From NCBI GenBank assembly GCA_964016885.1, contig OZ024740.1, positions 136,400,001-136,464,000 on the forward strand: a stretch of 64,000 nucleotides of DNA. The letters run 5' to 3'. Position numbers and translations under genes: made by a program. The notes under the pieces were generated by a model, which was given only the letters and a program-made list of their open reading frames with translations, had not been told where the DNA came from and ran no database searches. This stretch comes from Eledone cirrhosa. Its lineage: Eukaryota. Positions 10,768 through 24,950 of the stretch are shown here, in pieces (the first letter of the stretch is position 1; each line of letters begins with the position of its first letter).

Positions 10768-10912
10768 AGGGTGGTGATTTGGCAGAGTCGAATTGGAGTG
10801 AATTGGAACGTCGAATAAAAGTGTTTGTGATATTTGTCCCGGTGGTGGTCACCTTTGCCTTTCATCAATTCGAAGTCGATAAATAAAGTACCAGTCTAGT
10901 ACTGGGTTGGAT
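10768..10912 (+). mobile_element. tRNA-derived SINE fragment, sense orientation, following the (ATGT)n tail in each complete unit
   Basis: A-box-like TGGCAGA(G/A)TCG head, then CTTTGCCTTTCATC...GTCGATAAATAAAGTACCAGT, the reverse complement of the 9608-9714 core. Confidence 0.7.
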
Positions 10913-12998
10913 TCTTCCCCTATATCTCTTTCTCATTTCCTCTCTCTCACTTTCTAACTTCCTCTGTACTCGGGTGTAATATTCCCTGGTTACGGGTTCC
11001 TTGGTACAGATACCATCATAGGATATATTTTCATCTATCCCTTAGGTATCTGTAGCAGTCCTCCTCGGATATCGGTGAAACAGTTAGGCCATTGATAAAT
11101 ATGTTGCTAGATTAGCTTGTAGTTTTTCCCCGCTTTACAATCATATATGAACATTTATCCTGTAAAGCCTGGTGTAGTCGAAGGGGCACCGTTGCGACAT
11201 ACGATGTGTTTGGGCATTGTAAATCTGGTGGAGCCCATCCCCTCTCCGGATCTAACACAACCGATTTCCTCTAAAGAGAGAAAGAGGTGGGTATAAAGAG
11301 AAAGACATTTCAATATAAATAATCGACTCCAAAGGACGACAGTCAAAGTTGACATTGACGGGGTTTGAACTAAGAGAGCCGAAACAACACAAAATACAAG
11401 AGGGTTACTGCGTATATTACTTCCTTTACAATTTGCAAGGCCTACAAGTGAAGAGATAGGTCCAGTCATTACATCGCTCGGAGAATCAAGGCGGTGCCAC
11501 CTAAATATCTAACACTAATCACATCGTAGCTCCTTTTAAATGGTGTAAAGAACACACCTCCCTCCAACAGGTCTACTTATTTTATACTGAAAGCAACTTT
11601 GTACCGGCCATCTCGCACAAGTTTACGCATCTAATGGCAGTTTTTCTTTCTCCGCTCAAGATCGTTTGTACGTTTATCTATTGGACATGATCTATTGTTT
11701 ATTTTTCTACTAAAGATGATCGATAGTATATTTTTCTTTTGACATGCTGGATTGAACGTTTTTTCCACTGGTCATCATCGATTGTATCTTTTCCCACAGA
11801 AAATGATCGATTCTCCATTCTTTTGTTCGCAAACTTATGTACGAGCTTGTAATTCCTGGCGAAGCCCACAGCGTTCGTCTGTACACAACTGATTTCTTCC
11901 AGCGAAAGTGAGAGGGACAGTCTGAAAGATGGAAAAAAGTTTGGCATCGGCGACATTTGAACTAAAATCGCTAAACGCCAAGACATTTCTGCTTTCTGCC
12001 AACTATGCCAGTGTGGCGTCTAAATTTGTATATCGAATTCTACCTATATTTCTCAGCTTAATAAAATTATAGAAATTGTCTATTTTTGTATTTAAATACC
12101 AACCTCGTGTGAAGTTGTAAAAATTGCGTCTAGCACCTTATAGGTGGCCCTTCATTTCTGTTAGTTTTAGCTGGGGTTTTTTTTCTATTGCACTTTATAA
12201 GACTTTTCCATGCTTTTGTCACATTCCTTAAATTTTACATTTAACATATATATATAATGCTTTCATAAAGTAATGAAAAATCAGATTTAATTCGTATCCG
12301 AAATGTTTCAGTGTTGTGAATTTGTATATATGTATGTATCTAACCCCTCGTGTATTGGTCGTGGTGTCATGACATACAGAATGCCGTGAGCATTTCATAC
12401 ATGGCGGAGTCATGGGGTAGGAAATGTATTTTGTGTGTAAATGTTAAACAGTTACAAAGGGAGTTATGTATTAATATAAACAAACATAAATTGGGAGGGT
12501 TCGAAATCCATATATGATCGAGCAGGCTCTAAAGGTTTTCAGCCAATATACTAAAAATAACAGTAAAATCTCCTCCTAATAATTAGTAGTGGTACAGTAA
12601 ATAATGTTTCCGGCCGCTTCTCGCTGCACAGCCCTCCGTGGGGACCTCTAGTGTCCTTGCTCCCTACACTTCTGATTTCCTCGATAAATTCAGAAAGACG
12701 GTGACCCGCTTGAGGAAGGAGCCCGTAGAGTGGGGTAGCTGCTGCAGCCGATGTCTCTAGTCATTTTCCGTGGTAATGCCTTTGCAATTTTACCTGCTGC
12801 TGAGGCACCGCTCAGACTGGGGTGTAGTGTCTGCCCCTCCCTTTAGTTCCATTAAATGTTTTGATTTTGTATTCACTACCATCAATATAACTACAACTAA
12901 ATCTCATAGTTAGACAATAGCAATAGCTGTAACGTCTAATACCTCAGAATTAAGCAGTCTGTGTTGCCTATGTACAATCTAATCTTTGATTCATTTTA

Positions 12999-13138
12999 CC
13001 ACCTCCTTAGAGGCGTGAAAAAATTGCGAAGAGCACCTTACAGATGCCCTCCGCTGGGTATTGGGAATAGTTTTCAACTAGCAATAACCACGCCTCGGAT
13101 AAACCTCATTGGCCATGGTACCGCCTCTGCGCAAAGCT
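12999..13138 (-). ncRNA. U4: U4 spliceosomal snRNA
   Basis: Minus strand reads AGCTTTGCGCAGAGGCGGTACCATGGCCAATGAGGTTTATCCGAGGCGTGGTTATTGCTAGTTGAAAACTATTCCCAATACC..., closely matching the metazoan U4 5' domain with compensatory 5'SL changes. Then 3' stem-loop, U-rich Sm site and terminal hairpin, about 140 nt in total. Confidence 0.95.
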
Positions 13139-13786
13139 GTCGGTAACCCATCACACCTGTTTATTTAAGGTAATATGAAAAATATTCATTCACTCATTCG
13201 TCTTTGCAGTTTATAGTTTATAATTAATTCCTATCATTCATTTCCATTAATCTTAAAATTCAGCTACTTCTACTTTGTTATGTTTAATAATTGTTTCTAC
13301 TGTTGGCACAAGGCCAGCAAATATTCCAGTGTATTACTGGTACTTTATTTTATCGACCCCGTAAGGATGAAAGGCAAAGTCAACCTTGGCGGGAAATAAT
13401 AATCTCATTACAGAAATATACAGGCCCACATATTTTGTAAACAGAATAATAAATTAATTCGGTGTATCGTCTTTCTCAAGAATATTATTGACGTCACTAC
13501 ATAACTAATTTAATCCTTCGGTGATTGGTTGTTTTTGTTGTCACTTATGGCCCTTCATTTCTGTTAGTTTTAGCTGGTTTCCTTTTCCTATTGCATTTTA
13601 TAAGACTTTTCCATGTTTTTTTATTATTTTTGTGACATCCTGCCTTAAATTTTAAACTTAATTCATATATATTTTAATACTATTTTCATAAAATAATGAA
13701 AAATCAGTCTTAAAAGATTTGCCATGCATTTCGAGTTAGGGGACCATACATACATAAATGTATGTATGTATGTTTGTATGTATTAT

Positions 13787-14394
13787 GTCAGGTCACCAGT
13801 TGGTGCTACTGGTAACATGTATCCCAGTACAGCCTGTTTCATGGTCGGGTCGTTGGCGACTAAACTGGCAACCTGACCAAGGTTTCTTGGTGAAGAGGGT
13901 GACTTTGGACATCCTGCAGGACTAAAAACAAAACCTGTCAAAGGGCAAAGGAGCTCTTAAGAGTTAATGGCCATCCAAACTCACCGGGAGAGATGACCCC
14001 TTAGCCTTTGTCAAGGCAGAATTCTAGGAGAAGGAAAACTCTGATATAACACCTGCAACCCTCATAGTATCCAATGATGTTGACTTGTTCTTCTTTTTGG
14101 TAAATATCATCTTGGTTAAGAGAGTGGGACTGGCTTTGTGCAATGCTTTTTCTCACTATAAAAGCTTCACGGCACAGCCATTGCTTTATGTCTGGAGATC
14201 TCTCTGCACGTCTCGTCACATGGTACCATGGGCCCAGCACTATGTGTCAATAATTGTCACAAGTGTAGTGTTTGTGCCAGAGTTTTCAAGTCGCTGGCTG
14301 GACTAGATAGTCACACTCGTTCAGAGCATCGGTAGGAGTTCTCCTACATGGATATAAAGTAGTGGCCATACTCGAAAACGAGTTGGCAGCCACC
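13787..14394 (+). mobile_element. RTE-derived non-autonomous element
   Basis: Copy of 10103-10706 flanked by (ATGT)n. Confidence 0.88.
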
Positions 14395-16655
14395 ATGTAT
14401 GTATGTATGTATGTATGTATGTATGTATGTTAGGGTGGTGAAATGGCAGAGTCGTTAGAACGTCGAATAAAAGTGTTTGTGATATTTGTCCCGGTGGTGG
14501 TCACCTTTGCCTTTCATCAATTCGAAGTCGATAAATAAAGTACCAGTCTAGTACTGGGTTGGATTCTTCACCTATATCTCTTTCTCATTTCCTCTCTCTC
14601 ACTTTCTAACTTTCTCTGTACTCGAGTGTAATATTCCCTGGTTACGCGTTCCTTGGTACAGATACCATCATAGGATATATTTTCATCTATCCCTTAGGTA
14701 TCTGTAGCAGTCCTCCTCGGATATCGGTGAAACAGTTAGGCCATTGATAAAAATGTTGCTAGATTAGCTTGTAGTTTTTCCCCGCTTTACAATGGTATAT
14801 GAACATTTATCCTGTAAAGCCTGGTGTAGTCGAAGGGGCACCGTTGCCACATACGATGTGTTTGGGCATTATAAATCTGGTGGAGCCCATCCCCTCTCCG
14901 GATCTAACACAACCGATTTCCTCTAAAGAGAGAAAGAGGTGGGTATAAAGAGAAAGACATTTCAATATAAATAATCGACTCCAAAGGACGACAGTCAAAG
15001 TTGACATTGACGGCGTTTGAACTAAGAGAGCCGAAACAACACGAAATACAAGAGGGTTACTGAGTATATTACTTCCTTTACAATTTGCAAGGCCTACAAG
15101 TGAAGAGATAGGTCCAGTCAGTACATCGCTCGGAGAATCAAGGCGGTGCCACCTAAATATCTAACACTAATCACATCGTAGCTCCTTTTAAATGGTGTAA
15201 AGAACACACCTCCCTCCAACAGGTCTACTTTTTTTGATACTGAAAGCAACTTTGTACCGGCCATCTCGCACAAGTTTACGCATCTAATGGCAGTTTTTCT
15301 TTCTCCGCTCAAGATCGTTTGTACGTTTATCTATTGGACATGATCTATTGTTTATTTTTCTACTAAAGATGATCGATAGTATATTTTTCTTTTGACATGC
15401 TGGATTGAACGTTTTTTCCACTGGTCATCATCGATTGTATCTTTTCCCACAGAAAATGATCGATTCTCCATTCTTTTGTTCGCCAACTTATGTACGAGCT
15501 TGTAATTCCTGGCGAAGCCCACGGCGTTCGTCTGTACACAACTGATTTCTTCCAGCGAAAGTGAGAGGGACAGTCTGAAAGATGGAAAAAAGTTTGGCAT
15601 CGGCGACATTTGAACTAAAATCGCTAAACGCCAAGACATTTCTGCTTTCTACCAACTATGCCAGTGTGGCGTCTAAATTTGTATATCGAATTCTACCTAT
15701 ATTTCTCAGCTTAATAAAATTATAGAAATTGTCTATTTTTGTATTTAAATACCAACTTCGTGTGAAGGTTGTAAAAATTGCGTCTAGCACCTTATAGGTG
15801 GCCCTTCATTTCTGTTAGTTTTAGCTGGGGGGGTTTTTTCTATTGCACTTTATAAGACTTTTCCATGCTTTTGTCACATTTCCTTAAATTTTACATTTAA
15901 CATATATATAATGCTTTCATAAAGTAATGAAAAATCAGAGTTAATTCGTATCCGAAATGTTTCAGTGTTGTCGTGCATTTGTATATATGTATGTATCTAA
16001 CCCCTCGTGTATTGGTCGTGGTGTCATGACATACAGAATGCCGTGAGCATTTCATACATGGCGGAGTCATGGGGTAGGAAATGTATTTTGTGTGTAAATG
16101 TTAAACAGTTACAAAGGGAGTTATGTATTAATATAAACAAACATAGATTGGGAGGGTTCGAAATCCATATCTGATCGAGCAGCCTCTAAATGTTTTCAGC
16201 CAATATACTAAAAATAACAGTAAAATCTCCTCCTAATAATTAGTAGTGGTACAGTAAATAATGTTTCCGGCCGCTTCTCGCTGCACAGCCCTCCGTGGGG
16301 ACCTCTAGTGTCCTTGCTCCCTACACTTCAGATTTCCTCGATAAATTCAGAAAGACGGTGACCCGCTTGAGGAAGGAGCCCGTAGGGTGGGGTAGCTGCT
16401 GCAGCCGATGTCTCTGGTCATTTTCCGTGGTAATGCCTTTGCAATTTTACCTGCTGCTGAGGCACCGCTCAGACTGAGGTGTAGTGCCTGCCCCTCCCTT
16501 TAGTTCCATTAAATGTTTTGATTTTGTATTCACTACCATCAATATAACTACAACTAAATCTCATAGTTAGACAATAGCAATAGCTGTAACGTCTAATACC
16601 TCAGAATTAAGCAGTCTGTGTTGCCTATGTACAATCTAATCTTTGATTCATTTTA

Positions 16656-16795
16656 CCACCTCCTGAGAGGCGTGAAAAAATTGCGAAGAGCACCTTACAG
16701 GTGCCCTCCGCTGGGTATTGGGAATAGTTTTCAACTAGCAATAACCACGCCTCGGATAAACCTCATTGGCCATGGTACCGCCTCTGCGCAAAGCT
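16656..16795 (-). ncRNA. U4: U4 spliceosomal snRNA
   Basis: Near-identical to 12999-13138. Confidence 0.95.
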
Positions 16796-17487
16796 GTCGG
16801 TAACCCATCACACCTGTTTATTTAAGGTAATATGATAAATATTCATTCACTGATTCGTCTTCGCAGTTTATAGTTTATAATTAATTCCTATCATTCATTT
16901 CCATTAATCTTAAAATTCAGCTACTTCTACTTTGTTATGTTTAATAATTGTTTCTACTTTAGGCACGAGGCCAGCAAAGATTCAAGTGTATCACTGGTAC
17001 TTTATTTTATCGACCCCGTAAGGATGAAAGGCAAAGTCAACCTTGGCGGGAAATAATAATCTCATAACAGAAATATACAGGCCCACATATCTTGTAAACA
17101 GAATAATAAATTAATTCGGTGTATCGTCTTTCTCAAGAATATTATTGACGTCACTACATAACTAATTTAATCCTTCGGTGATTGGTTGTTTTTGTTGGCC
17201 CTTATGGCCCTTCATTTCTGTTAGTTTTAGCTGGTTTCCTTTTCCTATTGCATTTTATAAGACTTTTCCATGGTTTTTTAATGAGTTTTGTGACAACCTG
17301 CCTTAAATTTTAAACTTAATTCATATATATTTTAATACTATTTTCATAAAATAATGAAAAATCAGTCTTAAAAGATTTGGCATGCATTTGGAGTTAGGGG
17401 ACCATACATACATAAATGTATGTATGTATGTATTATGTATGTATGTATGTATGTATGTATGTATGTATGTATGTATGTATGTATTAT

Positions 17488-18090
17488 GTCAGGTCACCAG
17501 TTGGTGCTACTGGTAACATGTATCCTGTACAACCTGTCTCATGGTCGGGTCGTTGGCGACTAAACTGGCGACCCCACCAAGGTTTCTTGGTGAGGACGGT
17601 GACTTTGGACATCCTGCAGGACTAAAAACAAAACCTGTCAAAGGGCAAAGGAGCTCTTAAGAGTTAATGGCCATCCAAACTCACCGGGAGAGATGACCCC
17701 TTAGCCTTTGTCAAGGCAGAATTCTAGGAGGAGGAAAACTCTGATATAACACCTGCAAACCTGATGGTATCCAATGATGTTGACTTGTTCTTCTTTTTGG
17801 TAAATATCATCTTGGTTAAAAGAGTGGGACTGGCTTTGTGCAGTGCCTTGCTCACTATTAAAGCTTCACGGCACAGACATTGCTTTATATCTGGAGATCT
17901 CTCTGCACTTGTCACATGGTACCATGGGCCCAGCACTATGTGTCAATAATTGTCACAAGTGTAGTGTTTGTACCAGAGTTTTCAAGTCGCTGGCTGGACT
18001 AAAAAGTCACACTTGTTCAACGCATCGGTAGGGGTTCTCCTACATGGATATAAAGTAGTGGCCGTACTCGAAAACGAGTTGGCAGCCACC
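17488..18090 (+). mobile_element. RTE-derived non-autonomous element
   Basis: Copy flanked by (ATGT)n. Confidence 0.88.
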
Positions 18091-18101
18091 ATGTGTGTAT
18101 G

Positions 18102-18135
<34 letters not shown>

Positions 18136-20408
18136 TGTATGTATGTATGTATGTATGTATGTATGTATGTACGTATGTATGTATGTTAGGGTGGTGAATT
18201 GGCAGAATCGTTAGAACGTCGAATAAAAGTGTTTGTGATATTTGTCCCGGTGGTGGTCACCTGTGCCTTTCATCAATTCGAAGTCGATAAATAAAGTACC
18301 AGTCTAGTACTGGGTTGGATTCTTCCCCTATATCTCTTTCTCATTTCCTCTCTCTCACTTTCTAACTTCCTCTGTACCCGGGTGTAATATTCCCTGGTTA
18401 CGCGTTCCTTGGTACAGATACCATCATAGGATATATTTTCATCTATCCCTTAGGTATCTGTAGCAGTCCTCCTCGGATATCGGTGAAACAGTTAGGCCAT
18501 TGATAAAAATGTTGCTAGATTAGCTTGTAGTTTTTCCCCGCTTTACAATCATATATGAACATTTATCCTGTAAAGCCTGGTGTAGTCGAAGGGGCACCGT
18601 TGCGACATACGATGTGTTTGGGCATTGTAAATCTGGTGGAGCCCATCCCCTCTCCGGATCTAACACAACCGATTTCCTCTAAAGAGAGAAAGAGGTGGGT
18701 ATAAAGAGAAAGACATTTCAATATAAATAATCGACTCCAAAGGACGACAGTCAAAGTTGACATTGACGGGGTTTGAACTAAGAGAGCCGAAACAACACGA
18801 AATACAAGAGGGTTACTGAGTATATTACCTCCTTTACAATTTGCAAGGCCTACAAGTGAAGAGATAGGTCCAGTCAGTACATCGCTCGGAGAATCAAGGC
18901 GGTGCCACCTAAATATCTAACACTAATCACATCGTAGCTCCTTTTAAATGGTGTAAAGAACACACCTCCCTCCAACAGGTCTACTTTTTTTGATACTGAA
19001 AGCAACTTTGTACCGGCCATCTCGCACAAGTTTACGCATCTAATGGCAGTTTTTCTTTCTCCGCTCAAGATCGTTTGTACGTTTATCTATTGGACATGAT
19101 CTATTGTTTATTTTTCTACTAAAGATGATCGATAGTATATTTTTCTTTTGACATGCTGGATTGAACGTTTTTTCCACTGGTCATCATCGATTGTATCTTT
19201 TCCCACAGAAAATGATCGATTCTCCATTCTTTTGTTCGCAAACTTATGTACGAGCTTGTAATTCCTGGCGAAGCCCACAGCGTTCGTCTGTACACAACTG
19301 ATTTCTTCCAGCGAAAGTGAGAGGGACAGTCTGAAAGGTGGAAAAAAGTTTGGCATCGGCGACATTTGAACTAAAATCGCTAAACGCCAAGACATTTCTG
19401 CTTTCTACCAACTATGCCAGTGTGGCGTCTAAATTTGTATATCGAATTCTACCTATATTTCTCAGCTTAATAAAATTATAGAAATTGTCTATTTTTGTAT
19501 TTAAATACCAACCTCGTGTGAAGGTTGTAAAAATTGCGTCTAGCACCTTATAGGTGGCCCTTCATTTCTGTTAGTTTTAGCTGGGGGGGGTTTTCTATTG
19601 CACTTTATAAGACTTTTCCATGCTTTTGCCACATTCCTTAAATTTTACATTTAACATATATATATAATGCTTTCATAAAGTAATGAAAAATCAGATTTAA
19701 TTCATATCCGAAATGTTTCAGTGTTGTGAATTTGTATATATGTATGTATCTAACCCCTCGTGTATTGGTCGTGGTGTCATGACATACAGAATGCCGTGAG
19801 CATTTCATACATGGCGGAGTCATGGGGTAGGAAATGTATTTTGTGTGTAAATGTTAAACAGTTACAAAGGGAGTTATGTATTAATATAAACAAACATAGA
19901 TTGGGAGGGTTCGAAATCCATATCTGATCGAGCAGCCTCTAAATGTTTTCAGCCAATATACTAAAAATAACAGTAAAATCTCCTCCTAATAATTAGTAGT
20001 GGTACAGTAAATAATGTTTCCGGCCGCTTCTCGCTGCACAGCCCTCCGTGGGGACCTCTAGTGTCCTTGCTCCCTACACTTCTGATTTCCTCGATAAATT
20101 CAGAAAGACGGTGACCCGCTTGAGGAAGGAGCCCGTAGGGTGGGGTAGCTGCTGCAGCCGATGTCTCTGGTCATTTTCCGTGGTAATGCCTTTGCAATTT
20201 TACCTGCTGCTGAGGCACCGCTCAGACTGAGGTGTAGTGCCTGCCCCTCCCTTTAGTTCCATTAAATGTTTTGATTTTGTATTCACTACCATCAATATAA
20301 CTACAACTAAATCTCATAGTTAGACAATAGCAATAGCTGTAACGTCTAATACCTCAGAATTAAGCAGTCTGTGTTGCCTATGTACAATCTAATCTTTGAT
20401 TCATTTTA

Positions 20409-20548
20409 CCACCTCCTGAGAGGCGTGAAAAAATTGCGAAGAGCACCTTACAGGTGCCCTCCGCTGGGTATTGGGAATAGTTTTCAACTAGCAATAACCA
20501 CGCCTCGGATAAACCTCATTGGCCATGGTACCGCCTCTGCGCAAAGCT
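20409..20548 (-). ncRNA. U4: U4 spliceosomal snRNA
   Basis: Appears identical to 16656-16795. Confidence 0.95.
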
Positions 20549-21252
20549 GTCGGTAACCCATCACACCTGTTTATTTAAGGTAATATGATAAATATTCATT
20601 CACTGATTCGTCTTCGCAGTTTATAGTTTATAATTAATTCCTATCATTCATTTCCATTAATCTTAAAATTCAGCTACTTCTACTTTGTTATGTTTAATAA
20701 TTGTTTCTACTTTAGGCACGAGGCCAGCAAAGATTCAAGTGTATCACTGGTACTTTATTTTATCGACCCCGTAAGGATGAAAGGCAAAGTCAACCTTGGC
20801 GGGAAATAATAGTCTCATAACAGAAATATACAGGCCCACATATCTTGTAAACAGAATAATAAATTAATTCGGTGTATCGTCTTTCTCAAGAATATTATTG
20901 ACGTCACTACATAACTAATTTAATCCTTCGGTGATTGGTTGTTTTTGTTGGCCCTTATGGCCCTTCATTTCTGTTAGTTTTAGCTGGTTTCCTTTTCCTA
21001 TTGCATTTTATAAGACTTTTCCATGGTTTTTTAATGAGTTTTGTGACAACCTGCCTTAAATTTTAAACTTAATTCATATATATTTTAATACTATTTTCAT
21101 AAAATAATGAAAAATCAGTCTTAAAAGATTTGGCATGCATTTGGAGTTAGGGGACCATACATACATAAATGTATGTATGTATGTATTATGTATGTATGTA
21201 TGTATGTATGTATGTATGTATGTATGTATGTATGTATGTATGTATGTATTAT

Positions 21253-21855
21253 GTCAGGTCACCAGTTGGTGCTACTGGTAACATGTATCCTGTACAACCT
21301 GTCTCATGGTCGGGTCGTTGGCGACTAAACTGGCGACCCCACCAAGGTTTCTTGGTGAGGACGGTGACTTTGGACATCCTGCAGGACTAAAAACAAAACC
21401 TGTCAAAGGGCAAAGGAGCTCTTAAGAGTTAATGGCCATCCAAACTCACCGGGAGAGATGACCCCTTAGCCTTTGTCAAGGCAGAATTCTAGGAGGAGGA
21501 AAACTCTGATATAACACCTGCAAACCTGATGGTATCCAATGATGTTGACTTGTTCTTCTTTTTGGTAAATATCATCTTGGTTAAAAGAGTGGGACTGGCT
21601 TTGTGCAGTGCCTTGCTCACTATTAAAGCTTCACGGCACAGACATTGCTTTATATCTGGAGATCTCTCTGCACTTGTCACATGGTACCATGGGCCCAGCA
21701 CTATGTGTCAATAATTGTCACAAGTGTAGTGTTTGTACCAGAGTTTTCAAGTCGCTGGCTGGACTAAAAAGTCACACTTGTTCAACGCATCGGTAGGGGT
21801 TCTCCTACATGGATATAAAGTAGTGGCCGTACTCGAAAACGAGTTGGCAGCCACC
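21253..21855 (+). mobile_element. RTE-derived non-autonomous element
   Basis: Copy flanked by (ATGT)n. Confidence 0.88.
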
Positions 21856-21866
21856 ATGTGTGTATG

Positions 21867-21900
<34 letters not shown>

Positions 21901-24162
21901 TGTATGTATGTATGTATGTATGTACGTATGTATGTATGTTAGGGTGGTGAATTGGCAGAATCGTTAGAACGTCGAATAAAAGTGTTTGTGATATTTGTCC
22001 CGGTGGTGGTCACCTGTGCCTTTCATCAATTCGAAGTCGATAAATAAAGTACCAGTCTAGTACTGGGTTGGATTCTTCCCCTATATCTCTTTCTCATTTC
22101 CTCTCTCTCACTTTCTAACTTCCTCTGTACCCGGGTGTAATATTCCCTGGTTACGCGTTCCTTGGTACAGATACCATCATAGGATATATTTTCATCTATC
22201 CCTTAGGTATCTGTAGCAGTCCTCCTCGGATATCGGTGAAACAGTTAGGCCATTGATAAAAATGTTGCTAGATTAGCTTGTAGTTTTTCCCCGCTTTACA
22301 ATCATATATGAACATTTATCCTGTAAAGCCTGGTGTAGTCGAAGGGGCACCGTTGCGACATACGATGTGTTTGGGCATTGTAAATCTGGTGGAGCCCATC
22401 CCCTCTCCGGATCTAACACAACCGATTTCCTCTAAAGAGAGAAAGAGGTGGGTATAAAGAGAAAGACATTTCAATATAAATAATCGACTCCAAAGGACGA
22501 CAGTCAAAGTTGACATTGACGGGGTTTGAACTAAGAGAGCCGAAACAACACGAAATACAAGAGGGTTACTGAGTATATTACCTCCTTTACAATTTGCAAG
22601 GCCTACAAGTGAAGAGATAGGTCCAGTCAGTACATCGCTCGGAGAATCAAGGCGGTGCCACCTAAATATCTAACACTAATCACATCGTAGCTCCTTTTAA
22701 ATGGTGTAAAGAACACACCTCCCTCCAACAGGTCTACTTTTTTTGATACTGAAAGCAACTTTGTACCGGCCATCTCGCACAAGTTTACGCATCTAATGGC
22801 AGTTTTTCTTTCTCCGCTCAAGATCGTTTGTACGTTTATCTATTGGACATGATCTATTGTTTATTTTTCTACTAAAGATGATCGATAGTATATTTTTCTT
22901 TTGACATGCTGGATTGAACGTTTTTTCCACTGGTCATCATCGATTGTATCTTTTCCCACAGAAAATGATCGATTCTCCATTCTTTTGTTCGCAAACTTAT
23001 GTACGAGCTTGTAATTCCTGGCGAAGCCCACAGCGTTCGTCTGTACACAACTGATTTCTTCCAGCGAAAGTGAGAGGGACAGTCTGAAAGGTGGAAAAAA
23101 GTTTGGCATCGGCGACATTTGAACTAAAATCGCTAAACGCCAAGACATTTCTGCTTTCTACCAACTATGCCAGTGTGGCGTCTAAATTTGTATATCGAAT
23201 TCTACCTATATTTCTCAGCTTAATAAAATTATAGAAATTGTCTATTTTTGTATTTAAATACCAACCTCGTGTGAAGGTTGTAAAAATTGCGTCTAGCACC
23301 TTATAGGTGGCCCTTCATTTCTGTTAGTTTTAGCTGGGGGGGGTTTTCTATTGCACTTTATAAGACTTTTCCATGCTTTTGCCACATTCCTTAAATTTTA
23401 CATTTAACATATATATATAATGCTTTCATAAAGTAATGAAAAATCAGATTTAATTCGTATCCGAAATGTTTCAGTGTTGTGAATTTGTATATATGTATGT
23501 ATCTAACCCCTCGTGTATTGGTCGTGGTGTCATGACATACAGAATGCCGTGAGCATTTCATACATGGCGGAGTCATGGGGTAGGAAATGTATTTTGTGTG
23601 TAAATGTTAAACAGTTACAAAGGGAGTTATGTATTAATATAAACAAACATAGATTGGGAGGGTTCGAAATCCATATATGATCGAGCAGGCTCTAAAGGTT
23701 TTCAGCCAATATACTAAAAATAACAGTAAAATCTCCTCCTAATAATTAGTAGTGGTACAGTAAATAATGTTTCCGGTTGCTTCTCGCTGCACATCCCACC
23801 GTGGGGACCTCTAGTGTCCTTGCTCCCTACACTTCTGATTTCCTCGATAAATTCAGAAAGACGGTGACCCTCTTGAGGAAAGAGCCCGTGGGGTGGGGTA
23901 GCTGCTGCAGCCGATGTCTCTGGTCATTTTCCGTGGTAATGCCTTTGTAATTTTACCTACGGTGAGGCACCGCTCAGACTGGGGTGTAGTGTCTGCCTCT
24001 CCCTTTAGTTGCATTAAATGTTTTGATTCTGTATATTCACTACCATCAATATAACTACAACTAAATCTCATAGTTAGCCAATAGCAATAACTGTAACGCC
24101 TAATACCTCAGAATTAAGCAGTCTGTGTTGCCTATGTACAATCTAATCTTTGATTCATTTTA

Positions 24163-24302
24163 CCACCTCCTTAGAGGCGTGAAAAAATTGCGAAGAGCAC
24201 CTTACAGGTGCCCTCCGCGGGGTATTGGGAATAGTTTTCAATTAGCAATAACCACGCCTCGGATAAACCTCATTGGCCATGGTACCGCCTCTGCGCAAAG
24301 CT
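24163..24302 (-). ncRNA. U4: U4 spliceosomal snRNA
   Basis: Near-identical copy (TTGCTAATTGAAAA, TACCCCGC variant). Confidence 0.95.
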
Positions 24303-24950
24303 GTCGGTAACCCATCACACCTGTTTATTTAAGGTAATATGAAAAATATTCATTCACTGATTCGTCTTCGCAGTTTATAGTTTATAATTAATTCCTATCA
24401 TTCATTTCCATTAATCTTAAAATTCAGCTACTTCTACTTTGTTATGTTTAATAATTGTTTCTACTTTAGGCACAAGGCCAGCAAATAATCCAGTGTATTA
24501 CTGGTACTTAATTTTATCGACCCCGTAAGGATGAAAGGCAAAGTCAACCTTGGCGGGAAATAATAATCCCATAACAGAAATATACAGGCCCACATATCTT
24601 GTAAACAGAATAATAAATTAATTCGGTGTATCGTCTTTCTCAAGAATATTATTGACGTCACTACATAACTAATTTAATCCTTCGGTGATTGGTTGTTTTT
24701 GTTGGCCCTTATGGCCCTTCATTTCTGTTAGTTTTAGCTGGTTTCCTTTTCCTATTGCATTTTATAAGACTTTTCCATGGTTTTTTATTATTTTTGTGAC
24801 ATCCTGCCTTAAATTTTAAAGTTAATTCATATATATTTTAATACTATTTTCATAAAATAATGAAAAATCAGTCTTAAAAGATTTGCCATGCATTTCGAGT
24901 TAGGGGACCATACATACATAAATGTATGTATGTAGGTATGTATGTATTAT

